Positions 43,424 to 55,013 of a DNA stretch of 64,000 bases are shown here, one piece after another; the stretch's first letter is position 1; the number at the start of each line of letters is the position of its first letter. The notes below the pieces were generated by a model that did not search any database, was not told where the DNA came from, and worked only from the letters and a program-made list of their open reading frames with translations. The position numbers and the translations under genes were made by a program. The stretch is from Eledone cirrhosa (lineage: Eukaryota), in contig OZ024760.1 of NCBI GenBank assembly GCA_964016885.1, positions 18,662,001 through 18,726,000 of the forward strand, given 5' to 3'.

Positions 43424-43470
<47 letters not shown>

Positions 43471-44212
43471 CGTAGAGTAACGATGTATGTATGTATGTAT
43501 ATATATGTCAGGTCACTCTCGAGTGCTACTGGTAACATGTAACCCAGTATAACCTGTCTCACCCTCCTCACCAAGCTATCTTGGTGAGGAGGGTGATATT
43601 TGGACACCATGCAGGATGAAATACAAGACCCGGCAAAGAGCAGAGGAACTCAGCAGAGTTAACGGTCATCCAAATAGTACTTTTTTTTCACCTGGGAGTG
43701 ACAGGCCCCCAGTTGTTGTCACACCTTTCTAGGAGAGGGAAACTCTGAAAAAAACCCCTGCGGCTTCGGAAGCATTCGATGATGTTGAACAGTTCTCCTT
43801 TTTGGGTAGTGTTTTCGATGCTCAGAGAGTGGGATTGGTCGAGTGCAAGGCCTATCCCCACTTAAAAAACATTCAAAGCACAGGCATTGCTTGTTCAGGA
43901 TATGTTACAGGTTTGTGTGACTGGCCGTAGCCTAAGAGTGCACCAAACTCCATAATCTGACAAGCGATTGCAATACTCTTAGTAGAGTTTGCAGTCATAT
44001 GGTATGAGTATATAAATGTAAACGTGCAAACAAAAATACACACTTAGACATACATTCAGCCGAATACACATACATTCACACAAACACACAAACACACACA
44101 TGCGCATACACTCACACATTGGGCCATGAGCCCCCTCCCCCAATAATTAAATTTTTCTCTTATAACTACCAAAACACACATCTATATGTGTATGCGCTAC
44201 AATTTATGTACA

Positions 44213-45461
44213 TGTTATGTAGAGACAGATGGGAGATATAGATATAGAGAGCGGGAGAGTTTGGTGGTTAATTTATGTATAGCTGAAACATTTAATATTA
44301 TTAGAGGCGGCCCCCTATTAATCAATAGGAGAGCGGATTTTTTTCAGTAACTGCCAACATAGAACCTCAAAAACCTTCCGCAGGATTTTTGGAAGGTAAC
44401 CTACCACTAACTCCTCCCTCTCTACTTTAGCCATAGAGTTCTCTCAATAAACAGACAGTCACACACTCAGATAGTTAGACGGCTAAGATTGTTTGCGAAC
44501 TTACAAACGATACTCGGCCTGTTTCCATGGAGTTGTCACAGCTGAGTGCACTTTTTTAGAATACCTAGCTAGTAAATAGTTAGTAATTGATTGCACACTC
44601 AGGCATGACGATTACGCGCACCTACCTGTAATTTAAGATACCCTAACCATTGAGTTCTCTCAGTTGGGATATATCTAGTCGTATTACACACTTAGTTAGG
44701 ACCGATTACGCTCTCTATACATAACTCTACACACAGTACCCGTTTCCTTTAGACATTGAGCTCCCACAATTACGACTGTCACGTTCCTACCGACTGAACA
44801 CTACACTAGGTTTTGATCCGTGATCATCTAACCATGGAGGACTCATTGCTACGGATTGAACAATATTACTTACACACCATTAATGGGCCTACACACATCC
44901 TCTGGATTTTACTACCCTGTTCTTTTACTTCACCTTCTGTGTTGGATAACACACCTCCACCACTCAAACAACTATGTTAAAAGTTCATTGGCCCATATGA
45001 CGGGAATCGCACTTATTGACGCATTTACCAATACACGGAGCACTTTGCTGGCCTACATTACGGTTGCTTCCACGCACGGATTTGGTGACTCGGATTCTCA
45101 ATGTTAGTTAGCTACTCAACGTGAAACAAAAGAACCCTTAGAACCTACCAGAATTAGAACTTACCAGAATAAGAACCTACCAGAATAAACGCCTACACAT
45201 CGACTAAACAACAAAAGATTGTTCCTGTATAAATAGAGTGGTTCCTAACACTTCGCTAGTCGACTTTTGGCAGAGTCAGCTAGCGCATCGTTGTTCCTTT
45301 ACTCTGCCACGCTTTGTCACACACGCCTTGTACCTCATATCGTCGCTTCATGTGAAAATAAATAGCTGATCGAATTTACATCTCGCCTTGCTTCATCCTT
45401 TCAACTTGTGCTTTCGTCTGTCCATCCCCAACAGTTATTTTAAGGGCTATATGCGACAACA
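44213..45461 (+). mobile_element. Possible solo LTR
   Basis: Non-coding, higher-complexity block with TGTT...AACA candidate ends, TATAAATA at ~45228 and AATAAA at ~45357; no target-site duplication found and the left boundary is uncertain. Confidence 0.3.
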
Positions 45462-45550
45462 GTCCTTTTAAGGGCTTTTTGACTAAAGAAATTTTAGCCC
45501 GATAGTGGGGTTTATAACCCTCAGAGAAATGGAAAAAAATGAGTATTGAC

Positions 45551-45630
<80 letters not shown>

Positions 45631-45885
45631 ATAAAGAGAAAAAAACGATTATAGGAAGAAAAATATATTTTTTTCCCTTTTATTTTTTCTCTCTTTCTTT
45701 TCTGGGTTAGAAAATGTTTAAAACAAAATATTTTACTTTGTGTGAAGTGTTAAAGTATTAGTTAATTTATTTATTAATTAACAATGGCATTTATTTATTT
45801 ATTTATATATATATTAAATTATATATATATATATATATAGTAAGTATGTTTTGAAACAGTGAGCAGGTTTGAAATTAGAAAATAG

Positions 45886-46073
45886 AATAGCTTTCACCGT
45901 ATTTTTGAAGGAATTTTAGCCTGATAATGGGGTTTAGAACCCTCAGATAAATGGAAAAAGATGAGTATTGACGTACATGGACGTCAATACTCATCTTTTT
46001 CCATTTATCTGAGGGTTCTAAACCCCATTATCAGGCTAAAATTCCTTTATTCAAAAATACGGTGAAAGCTATT
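45886..46073. repeat. Near-perfect palindrome, ~89-bp arms, 6-nt spacer
   Basis: ...gatgagtattgacgt acatgg acgtcaatactcatc...; one small indel; a third arm copy at 45486-45552. Confidence 0.93.
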
Positions 46074-46220
46074 ATATATATGTATATATATATTTATTAA
46101 AATAACAGATTAAAGTTTAAGCAAAGTATCGCTGCTTTCACCCTTAACGGGGTCTTCTGAATTATTATTATTACTATATATTAGAGAGACAGAGAGAGAA
46201 TAAAATAAAAAAATACTCAC

Positions 46221-46300
46221 CTATCATTTTTACCTGCGTGTGTCTCAACAGTAGCCAATGAATGAAGTCTAACGAGTTCCGTCGCGTCGGTATTTAGATA
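46221..46300 (-). other. Candidate non-coding 5' exon of the EXTL3-like gene
   Basis: Strong minus-strand donor AG|GTGAGTAT at 46221/46220 in a short unique CpG-containing patch; matching acceptor ttcttttag at 42613, 72 nt upstream of the ATG. The 5' boundary is a guess. Confidence 0.4.
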
Positions 46301-47304
46301 CATGTCAGTGTGTGTGTCTGTGTGTGTGTGCTTGTGTAGCGTGTTACTGCGTGTGTTTGTCTATGTGTGTGTACATGTCTGTGTGTGTGTGTGTCTGTGA
46401 GTGTGTGTGTCTGTGTGCTTGTGTAGCGTGTTACTGCGTGTGTTTGTTTATGTGTGTGTACATGTCTGTGTGTGTGTGTGTGTGTCTGTGAGTGTGTGCT
46501 TGTGTAGCGTGTTACTGCGTGTGTTTGTCTATGTGTGTGTACATGTCTGTGTGTGTGAGTGTGTCTGTGTGTGTGTGCTTGTGTAGCGTGTTACTGCGTG
46601 TGTTTGTCTATGTGTGTGTACATGTCTGTGTGTGTGTGTGTGTCTGTGAGTGTGTCTGTGTGTGTGTGCTTGTGTAGCGTGTTACTGCGTGTGTTTGTCT
46701 ATGTGTGTGTACATGTCTGTGTGTGTGTGTGTCTGTGAGTGTGTGTGTACATGTCTGTGTGTGTGTGTGTCTGTGAGTGTGTGCTTGTGTAGCGTGTTAC
46801 TGCGTGTGTTTGTCTATGTGTGTGTACATGTCTGTGTGTGTGTGTGTGTGTCTGTGAGTGTGTGCTTGTGTAGCGTGTTACAGCGTGTGTTTGTCTATGT
46901 GTGTGTACATGTCTGTGTGTGTCTGTGAGTGTGTGCTTGTGTAGCGTGTTACTGCGTGTGTTTGTCTATGTGGGTGTACATGTCTGTGTGTGCGTGTGTG
47001 TCTGTGAGTGTGTGTGTGTGTGTGTGTGTCTGTGAGTGTGTGCTTGTGTAGCGTGTTACTGCGTGTGTTTGTCTATGTGTGTGTACATGTCTGTGTGTGT
47101 GTCTGTGAGTGTGTCTGTGAGTGTGTGCTTGTGTAGCGTGTTACTGCGTGTGTTTGTCTATGTGTGTGTACATGTCTGTGTGTGTGGTGTGTCTGTGAGT
47201 GTGTGTGTGTGTGTGTGAGTGTGTCTGTGAGTGTGTGCTTGTGTAGCGTGTTACTGCGTGTGTTTGTCTATGTGTGTGTACATGTCTGTGTGTGCGTGTG
47301 TGTC

Positions 47305-47335
<31 letters not shown>

Positions 47336-47963
47336 CTGTGAGTGTGTGCTTGTGTAGCGTGTTACTGCGTGTGTTTGTCTATGTGTGTGTACATGTCTGT
47401 GTGTGTGTCTGTGAGTGTGTCTGTGAGTGTGTGCTTGTGTAGCGTGTTACTGCGTGTGTTTGTCTATGTGTGTGTACATGTCTGTGTGTGTGGTGTGTCT
47501 GTGAGTGTGTGTGTGTGTGTGTGAGTGTGTCTGTGAGTGTGTGCTTGTGTAGCGTGTTACTGCGTGTGTTTGTCTATGTGTGTGTACATGTCTGTGTGTG
47601 TGTGTGTCTGTGTGTGTGTGTGTGTGTGTGAGTGTGTCTGTGAGTGTGTGCTTGTGTAGCGTGCTACTGCGTGTGTTTGTCTATGTGTGTGTACATGTCT
47701 GTGTGTGTGTGTGTGTCTGTGAGTGTGTGTGTGTGTGTGTGTGTGTCTGTGAGTGTGTGCTTGTGTAGCGTGTTACTGCGTGTGTTTGTCTATGTGTGTG
47801 TACATGTCTGTGTGTGTGTGTGTCTGTGAGTGTGTGCTTGTGTAGCGTGTTACTGCGTGTGTTTGTCTATGTGTGTGTACATGTCTGTGTGTGTGTGTCT
47901 GTGAGTGTGTGCTTGTGTAGCATGTTACTGCGTGTGTTTGTCTATGTGTGTGTACATGTCTGT

Positions 47964-47994
<31 letters not shown>

Positions 47995-48180
47995 AGTGTG
48001 TGCTTGTGTAGCGTGTTACTGCGTGTGTTTGTCTATGTGTGCGACATGTCTCTGTGTGTGTGTGTCTGTGTCTATGTGTGTGTACATGTGTGTCTCTGTG
48101 TGTGCGTGTGTGTGTGTACATATCTGTGTGTGTGTGTGTGTGTGTCTATGTGTGTCTGTGTGTGGGTACGTGTCTACGTG
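46300..48180. repeat. TG-rich compound satellite with constant core gtgcttgtgtagcgtgttactgcgtgtgtttgtctatg and variable (TG)n linkers
   Basis: About 20 core copies. Confidence 0.93.
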
Positions 48181-48189
48181 TGTATCTAT

Positions 48190-49190
48190 AAATGTACGTG
48201 GGCGCCTGGCACACCGAGTGTGCCCAGGCGCTCACGGCTCTCTGGCAGGCGGACCCGGCTGTCAGTGGAGAATCCATCTCGTCATTCTATAGAGGTGGTT
48301 AGCAGGTGCGACGACGCCCTCGGAGAAGCCCTAGGCATGGAGGAAGGCGAACTGGCAAACCCGTTCGGTAGGACATTCAGCCCGGGACCCATGGATAACT
48401 TCCAGAGGTCCCTGGCCTGGCAATGCTACAGAAGGGCTCTGCCCGTTCGAGAAAGGCTCTACAGACACGGGCGCCCGGGTAGGGACCCCTCGAAAAAGAT
48501 CTGTCCCAGATGCGAGTGTGACGAGGAAACCGTTGCACACGCATTGGTACACTGCTCGGGCATTGCCGATCTGTGGGGCTATGTCGAACAACTGCTGTCA
48601 AGGGTGGGACCGATCCGGTTGACCACCGAGTCTATTGTAACGATCAAGCCCCCTCTCCTCTTCAAAAACGAAGGAGAGGCGGTGTTTCTGTGCGTAATAG
48701 CCATGGCGAAAGAGGTTGTATGGTGGACGCGGCTGAAAGGACTGAGGTCAGACACCTTTCTCTCTGGCCAACAACTGGTCCGTTTCTTCCGATATCATTT
48801 CGGAAGAAGGATCAGGATGGAGAGAGAGGTGCTGCACCCCAGCCGTCTTTATGAAAGATGGGTGAAAGTGACGAGAATGGCCCGTGTGAATGGGCCTTCA
48901 CTCTACATCAGACTATAGGTGAGGAAGATGAAAGACCAAGGGAGCACCCCTTCTCTGTGCTCCTGAGGAAAAGGGTTGCACACTTTTTTCGGGGGTGTGT
49001 GCGACCCCCCAAGGCGCCTCCTCTCTATTGAGGATTTTGTTATATATTTTATTGTTATATTTTATTTTATTTTTATATTTTGTTATTGCCTCCTCCTTAT
49101 TGAGGACGCCTTGTTTTGTAAACTCCCCCCCCCCTTTGTACTTGACCAACTTTTGATGCTCTGGTGGCAAATAAAAGAAACATATCTATA
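48190..49190 (+). mobile_element. Tx1/L1-clade LINE, 5'-truncated ORF2 C-terminus and 3' UTR
   Basis: Open frame to 48918 with LAWQCYRRALPVRERL, zinc finger CPRC...EETVAHALVHC, VVWWTR; AATAAA before the tail. Confidence 0.85.
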
Positions 49191-49611
49191 AAAGTACGAC
49201 ATGCATGAATGAATGCAGTTAACGCTTTAGCAGTTAAACCTGTCACCCGGCCGGAACTGATTCACTTTGTTTTATTTAAACCCGTTGTTACCAGCTGATG
49301 TTAAGGTGTTATTCTCAAAATAAATAATATCAAAGTCTGGTAGATTCAATATTAAGTGAGACAGTTTTCAATAATAAAAGTGAGATTGTATTAGAATATA
49401 GCAATTCTGAGTTCATTTCTCGCCGAGGTTAACTTTGCCTTTCATCCTTGCGGAGTGGATAAAATAAAGTACCAGTAATGTACTGGGGGTAATTGCTGGC
49501 CTTGTGCCAAAAGTAGAAACAATTATTATAGCAATAGTAATTGTAAATATATAACCAGTCTCTCAACATAAGCTAAAAATAAATAAAACAATAAATAATT
49601 TTCTATATAGA

Positions 49612-50080
49612 TAATAAACACCGAGGTCATAAAACATGGCTTGGACGCTGCAGGCTTCCCCTCCCAGTTCGAGTTGGTGGGGTTGGACCGAGGAGACGGC
49701 AAAAGGCCAGACGGTATGTCCATATTCCCGTTAAGCGGTGGCAAACCCCTCGTCTGGGATTACACTTGCAGCGACACTTTTTCCAGCCGCAACCTGTTTC
49801 AGTTTGCGATTAACCCAGGTTCTGCTGCATGTCGGGCTGAGGAGGCCAAACTCTTCAAGTACCGGTCGCTCTCCGAGAAGGTTTGCGGTCGTACCCTTGG
49901 CAGTGGAGACTTCTGGTGTCCTCGGCCCTAGGGCTACCTCCCTTCTCACCACCATAGGCACTGAGCTAGCCAGCCGCAGGTGTGATCCTCGCGAGCTAGA
50001 ATGGCTCTTCCAGCGCATCTATCTCTCTTACCATCCTCCGGGGAAACGCCTTCTCCATCCTGTCCGCCGGGGCTGTGGGG
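49612..50080 (+). mobile_element. CRE-like non-LTR element, restriction-like endonuclease region (frameshifted)
   Basis: GLDRGDGKRPDGMSIFP..GKPLVWDYTCSDT..AEEAKLFKY / FAVVPLAVETSGVLGP..WLFQRI / GNAFSIL. Confidence 0.8.
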
Positions 50081-50369
50081 AGGCCAGCACGTGGGACCCC
50101 ATTTGCTCATCATACCGAGAGAGCAAAAAGGAAGAAAGGAGCACTTGCACAACACGCTCCTGGAGCTGAGGGTTGTTCTATTGACGGGGTATTAAACAAC
50201 CCATTTGTGGTGCCTCCCCCCTATTGGGGATTTCGATTGTTGTAATTGTTTGTTTTTATATTTTTTACAAGACTGTATGTAAAATCCCCGGCATGTCTTT
50301 GTATTGTCCCTTTTCTTGTGCGCCCTTGTGGCTAATAAGGAAATATATCTATCTATCTGTCTATCTATC

Positions 50370-51140
50370 ATGAGGGTTTCACATTTTTTCGGGGGTATGT
50401 GTTACCCATATGAACTGTCTCCCCCTATTGGGGAAAATCGATTAATTTTTAAATTGCATTTGTGATAGTATTTTACACGTTTTTATTATATGTAAACTTC
50501 CCCCTTTGTATTTGTCCCCTTCTTTTGTGCCCCTGTGGCTAATAAAGAAACATATCTATCTATCTATCTACACGTTTTTATTGTATGTAAACTTCCCCCT
50601 TTGTATTTGTCCCCTTCTTTTGTGCCCCTGTGGCTAATAAAGAAACATATCTATCTATCTATCTACACGTTTTTATTGTATGTAAACTTCCCCCTTTGTA
50701 TTTGTCCCCTTCTTTTGTGCCCCTGTGGCTAATAAAGAAACATATCTATCTATCTATCTACACGTTTTTATTGTATGTAAACTTCCCCCTTTGTATTTGT
50801 CCCCTTCTTTTGTGCCCCTGTGGCTAATAAAGAAACATATCTATCTATCTATCTACACGTTTTTATTGTATGTAAACTTCCCCCTTTGTATTTGTCCCCT
50901 TCTTTTGTGCCCCTGTGGCTAATAAAGAAACATATCTATCTATCTATCTACACGTTTTTATTGTATGTAAACTTCCCCCTTTGTATTTGTCCCCTTCTTT
51001 TGTGCCCCTGTGGCTAATAAAGAAACATATCTATCTACATAGCTGTCTTTCTATCTGTCTGGCTTTATCCATTAATTTATTTATCCTTGTCCCACTTTTG
51101 ATTCCCTGGTGGCAAATAAAAGAAACATATCTATTAATCT
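50370..51140 (+). repeat. Tx1/L1 3' UTR followed by a 95-bp tandem array (~6 copies) of its own terminus plus (CTAT)n tail
   Basis: Identical ORFs at 50535, 50630, 50725, 50820, 50915 (period 95). Confidence 0.9.
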
Positions 51141-51327
51141 ATCTATCCCCAACTCTCACATTCCATACACGATCCCCATGACAGGAGCAATGTGCTCGAA
51201 CACAAAAGAGCCGAACTCCCACTGTCAACACCCTTTCTCGCCCTGCCCATTTTTTTGTATCGCTGGGGCCCACTTGCCATTGAATAACCTGGCAACCTGG
51301 CAACCTGGCAACCTGACCACTCCGCCA

Positions 51328-51834
51328 CTGTGTATATGTATATGTCTGTGTGTCTGTGTGTGTCTGTGTGTGTCTGTGTGTGTCTGTGTGTGTCTGTGTG
51401 TGTGTACATGTCACTGTGTGTGTGTGTACGTGTACATATCTGTGTATGTGTACATGTGTGTGTGTCTGTGTGTCTCTGTGCGTGTACATGTCACTGTGTG
51501 TGTGTGTGTGTGTGTACATATCTGTGTATGTGTACATGTGTGTGTGTCTGTGTGTCTCTGTGTGTGTACATGTCACTGTGTGTGTGTGTGTGTGTGTGTG
51601 TGTACATATCTGTGTATGTGTACATGTGTGTGTGTCTGTGTGTCTGTGTGCGTGTACATGTCACTGTGTGTGTGTGTGTACATATCTGTGTGTGTGTACA
51701 TGTGCGTGTGTCTGTGTGTCTCTGTGTGTGTACATGTCACTGTGTGTGTGTGTGTGTACATCTCTGTGTGTGTGTGTACATGTGTGTGTGTCTGTGTGTC
51801 TCTGTGTCTGTGTGTCTGTGTGTGTGTACATGTC

Positions 51835-51867
<33 letters not shown>

Positions 51868-51996
51868 ATATCTGTGTATGTGTACATGTGTGTGTGTCTG
51901 TGTGTCTGTGTGTGTGTACATGTCACTGTGTGTGTGTGTGTGTGTACATATCTGTGTATGTGTATATGTGTGTGTGTCTCTGTGTGTGTACATGTC

Positions 51997-52037
<41 letters not shown>

Positions 52038-52534
52038 ATATCTGTGTATGTGTACATGTGTGTGTGTCTGTGTGTCTGTGTGTGTGTACATGTCACTGTG
52101 TGTGTGTGTGTACATATCTGTGTATGTGTACATGTGTGTGTGTCTGTGTGTCTCTGTGTGTGTACATGTCACTGTGTGTGTGTATACATGTCTGTGTGTC
52201 TGTGTGTCTGTGTGTCTGTGTGTGTGTACATGTCACTGTGTGTGTGTGTGTGTACATATCTGTGTGTGTGTGTACATGTGTGTGTGTCTGTGTGTCTGTG
52301 TGTGTGTACATGTCACTGTGTGTGTGTGTGTACGTGTACATATCTGTGTATGTGTACATGTGTGTGTGTCTGTGTGTCTCTGTGTGTGTACATGTCACTG
52401 TGTCTGTGTGTGTGTACATATCTGTGTGTGTGTACATGTGTGTGTGTCTGTGTGTCTCTGTGTGTGTACATGTCACTGTGTCTGTGTGTGTGTACATGTC
52501 TGTGTGTCTGTGTGTCTCTGTGCGTATACATGTC

Positions 52535-52569
<35 letters not shown>

Positions 52570-52855
52570 ATATCTGTGTATGTGTACATGTGTGTGTGTC
52601 TGTGTCTCTGTGTGTGTGTGTACATGTCTGTGTGTCTGTGTCTGTGACCGTTGTTAGAGTGTGTGAGTGTGTGTGAGTCATCAGTGTGTATATAGTGTTA
52701 GTGTGTGTGTGTGTGTGACTATTAGAGAGTGTGTGTGTGTGTGTGACTATTAGAGAGTGTGTGAGTGTGTGTGAGTCATCAGTGTGTATATAGTGTTAGT
52801 GTGTGTGTGTGTGTGACTATTAGAGAGTGTGTGTGTGTGTATAATGTTAGTGTAA
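51328..52855. repeat. TG-rich compound satellite (tgtacatgtcactgtg / tgtacatatctgtg cores)
   Basis: Direct inspection. Confidence 0.93.
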
Positions 52856-52934
52856 GGGCGTGGCCGTTGTCAATAATTATTCCGGTTAACAAACAATGAA
52901 AATGGAGATATATTTTTTTTTCTGGTAGGGAATT

Positions 52935-53180
52935 TGTCGCTGCATGTGGCATCCTAGATGAGGGGTTTACCTCCGTGGAACGTGAAGATAGTCATGTCGT
53001 CAGGCTTTTTGTCGACCCTCAGGAAAACCCAGATTCGGAGGCTATCATGATCCAGCTGCATGCCAGTCGAAAAGGGCGGTAAGGTATTAAGCCAAGCACC
53101 ACCGTGGGGTTGCAAGGCCGAGCGAAAATATGCGAAGTGGTGCTGGTCGAGCTGGCGCCATAGCCAGTCCGAGGCCATGT
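52935..53180 (-). mobile_element. CRE-like non-LTR fragment, internally deleted
   Basis: PHGGAWLNTLP..STGMQLDHDSLRI...KKPDDMTIFTFHGGKPLI*DATCSD resembles the 49612 element. Confidence 0.65.
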
Positions 53181-53197
53181 CACACTGGATGTGTGTA

Positions 53198-53273
<76 letters not shown>

Positions 53274-53563
53274 TGTGTGTTACTGCTCACACCTATGCAG
53301 GTTTAGCGGGCCTCCTCCTAGGTATATCTCGTTGGAGGTGTCATGGGTGATTTAATGATAGGGACCCCAGTCCTATCATCTCATTTTTACAGCTGAGTAA
53401 ACTGGGCAGAATCCGAGCCGGTTCCAAGTCCAGCAGGCGGCCTCACATTCCTCGATCACAGTGGGTTCCCATTGTGTTGCGGAGAACCCTGATGATGAGG
53501 ATGCTGCAAGAAATAGCCGAATGTTTCGATGAAAATATTGTCTGCATCTACCCCATTTTCTTT

Positions 53564-54532
53564 TTAACCCTTTAGGATTTACTTTACTGTGTACATACTA
53601 TTATATTTAGGGCGGTGGATTGGCAGTATCGGTAGAGGGTTCTACGCCAAGCTTTCCAGCATAGTTATGTCCCTTTACGATCTGAGTTCAAATCCCGCCG
53701 AGGTTAACATCGCCTTTCATCCTTACGGGGTCGATAAAATAAAGTACCAGTAATGTACTGGGGTAATTGCTGGCCTTGTGCCAAAAAGTTGAAACAATTA
53801 TATTTAGGGCGGTGAGTTGTCAGTGTCAGTAGAGGATCGGACGCCATGCTTAGCAGTATAGAGTTACGGCTCTTTGCGGTCTGGGTTCAAATCCCGCCGA
53901 GGTTAACATCGCCTTTCATCCTTTCAGGGTCGATAAAATAAAGTACCAGTAATGCACTGGAGTAATTGCTGGCCTTGTGCCAAAAGTAGAAACAATTATA
54001 TTTACTATTATATTTTCACGGTAAAGGCTTTACATCACATAATTTCGAATCTATGAGATTTTAATATTATTTATTTTGAGAACAATACCTTAACATCAGA
54101 ATGAACAGCCAGTTACAGTCAGTTTGAAGCATTTTAACCCTTTAGCATTTACATTACTCTATATGTACTATTATATTTTCACAGTAAAAGCTTTATGCTA
54201 CATAATTATCTCACATAATATCAAATCTATGAGCTTTTGATATTATTTATTTTGATAATAATATCTTAACATCAGTATGAGTGGCCGGTTACAGCTGACA
54301 GCCGATTTAATCCTTTAGCATTTACATTACTTTATATATACTATTATATTTTCACGGCAAAGGCTTTACCTTGTATAAATATCTCACATAATATTGAATC
54401 TGAGATGTTGATATTATTTATTTTGAGAACAATACCTTAACATCAGTATGAGTAGCTGGTTACAGCTGGTTTTAACAGAAAAGGAGAGAGAATTGTGGCC
54501 GGATACGACCGGTTTAAATGCTAAACGGTTAA
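53564..54532 (+). mobile_element. Tandem piggyBac-type MITE cluster; the first copy carries two SINEs (53609-53800, 53806-53997)
   Basis: ttaaccctttag starts at 53564 and 54134 (degenerate at 54308); final ctaaacggttaa. Confidence 0.78.
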
Positions 54533-55013
54533 TACGAAATATCTTGACAGAAATAATTTTGACATTTGAGGGTTTAGAACTCACAGAGCCGAAACACATA
54601 ACCGAATCATATTTTATCTGATGTTCTAACAGCTTCCAATTCGTTACCCCGTATCTATGATAAATGAAAATTCTAATTAGCAATTAACCTCTTTTATCTC
54701 TGAAATCTTCACAATCAACGACTTTATGGACTTCTAGTCTAATTACGCATTACTTTGATAGTTTAAGGCCAGTTTAGATTCCTATAGAATTTTTACAGAT
54801 ATTTCCAGTATGCCTAGATAGACAAAGGTGTTTGGTTATTGATCTTTGACACTTAATAATTCCTTATCAAGGCACCATCTTTGATATTTAACCTAAGCTC
54901 GTTGAGTTAGATAGTTTCAGTAAAGTTTTAATGCTGGTAATTCAAGTGTCATTATCTCGCCGAAAGAAAATGAAAAAGGGGACTTATTTAGAAGTTGGTA
55001 TTACTTACAATAT

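Noticed and set aside
46300-48050. CRISPR-like look: constant ~38-bp core separated by variable linkers
   Set aside because: The linkers are (TG)n slippage variants, not unique spacers; eukaryotic context and no cas genes.
51109-52681. Cys/Val-rich ORFs of 435-512 aa (metallothionein-like look)
   Set aside because: Translation of a (TG)n compound satellite.
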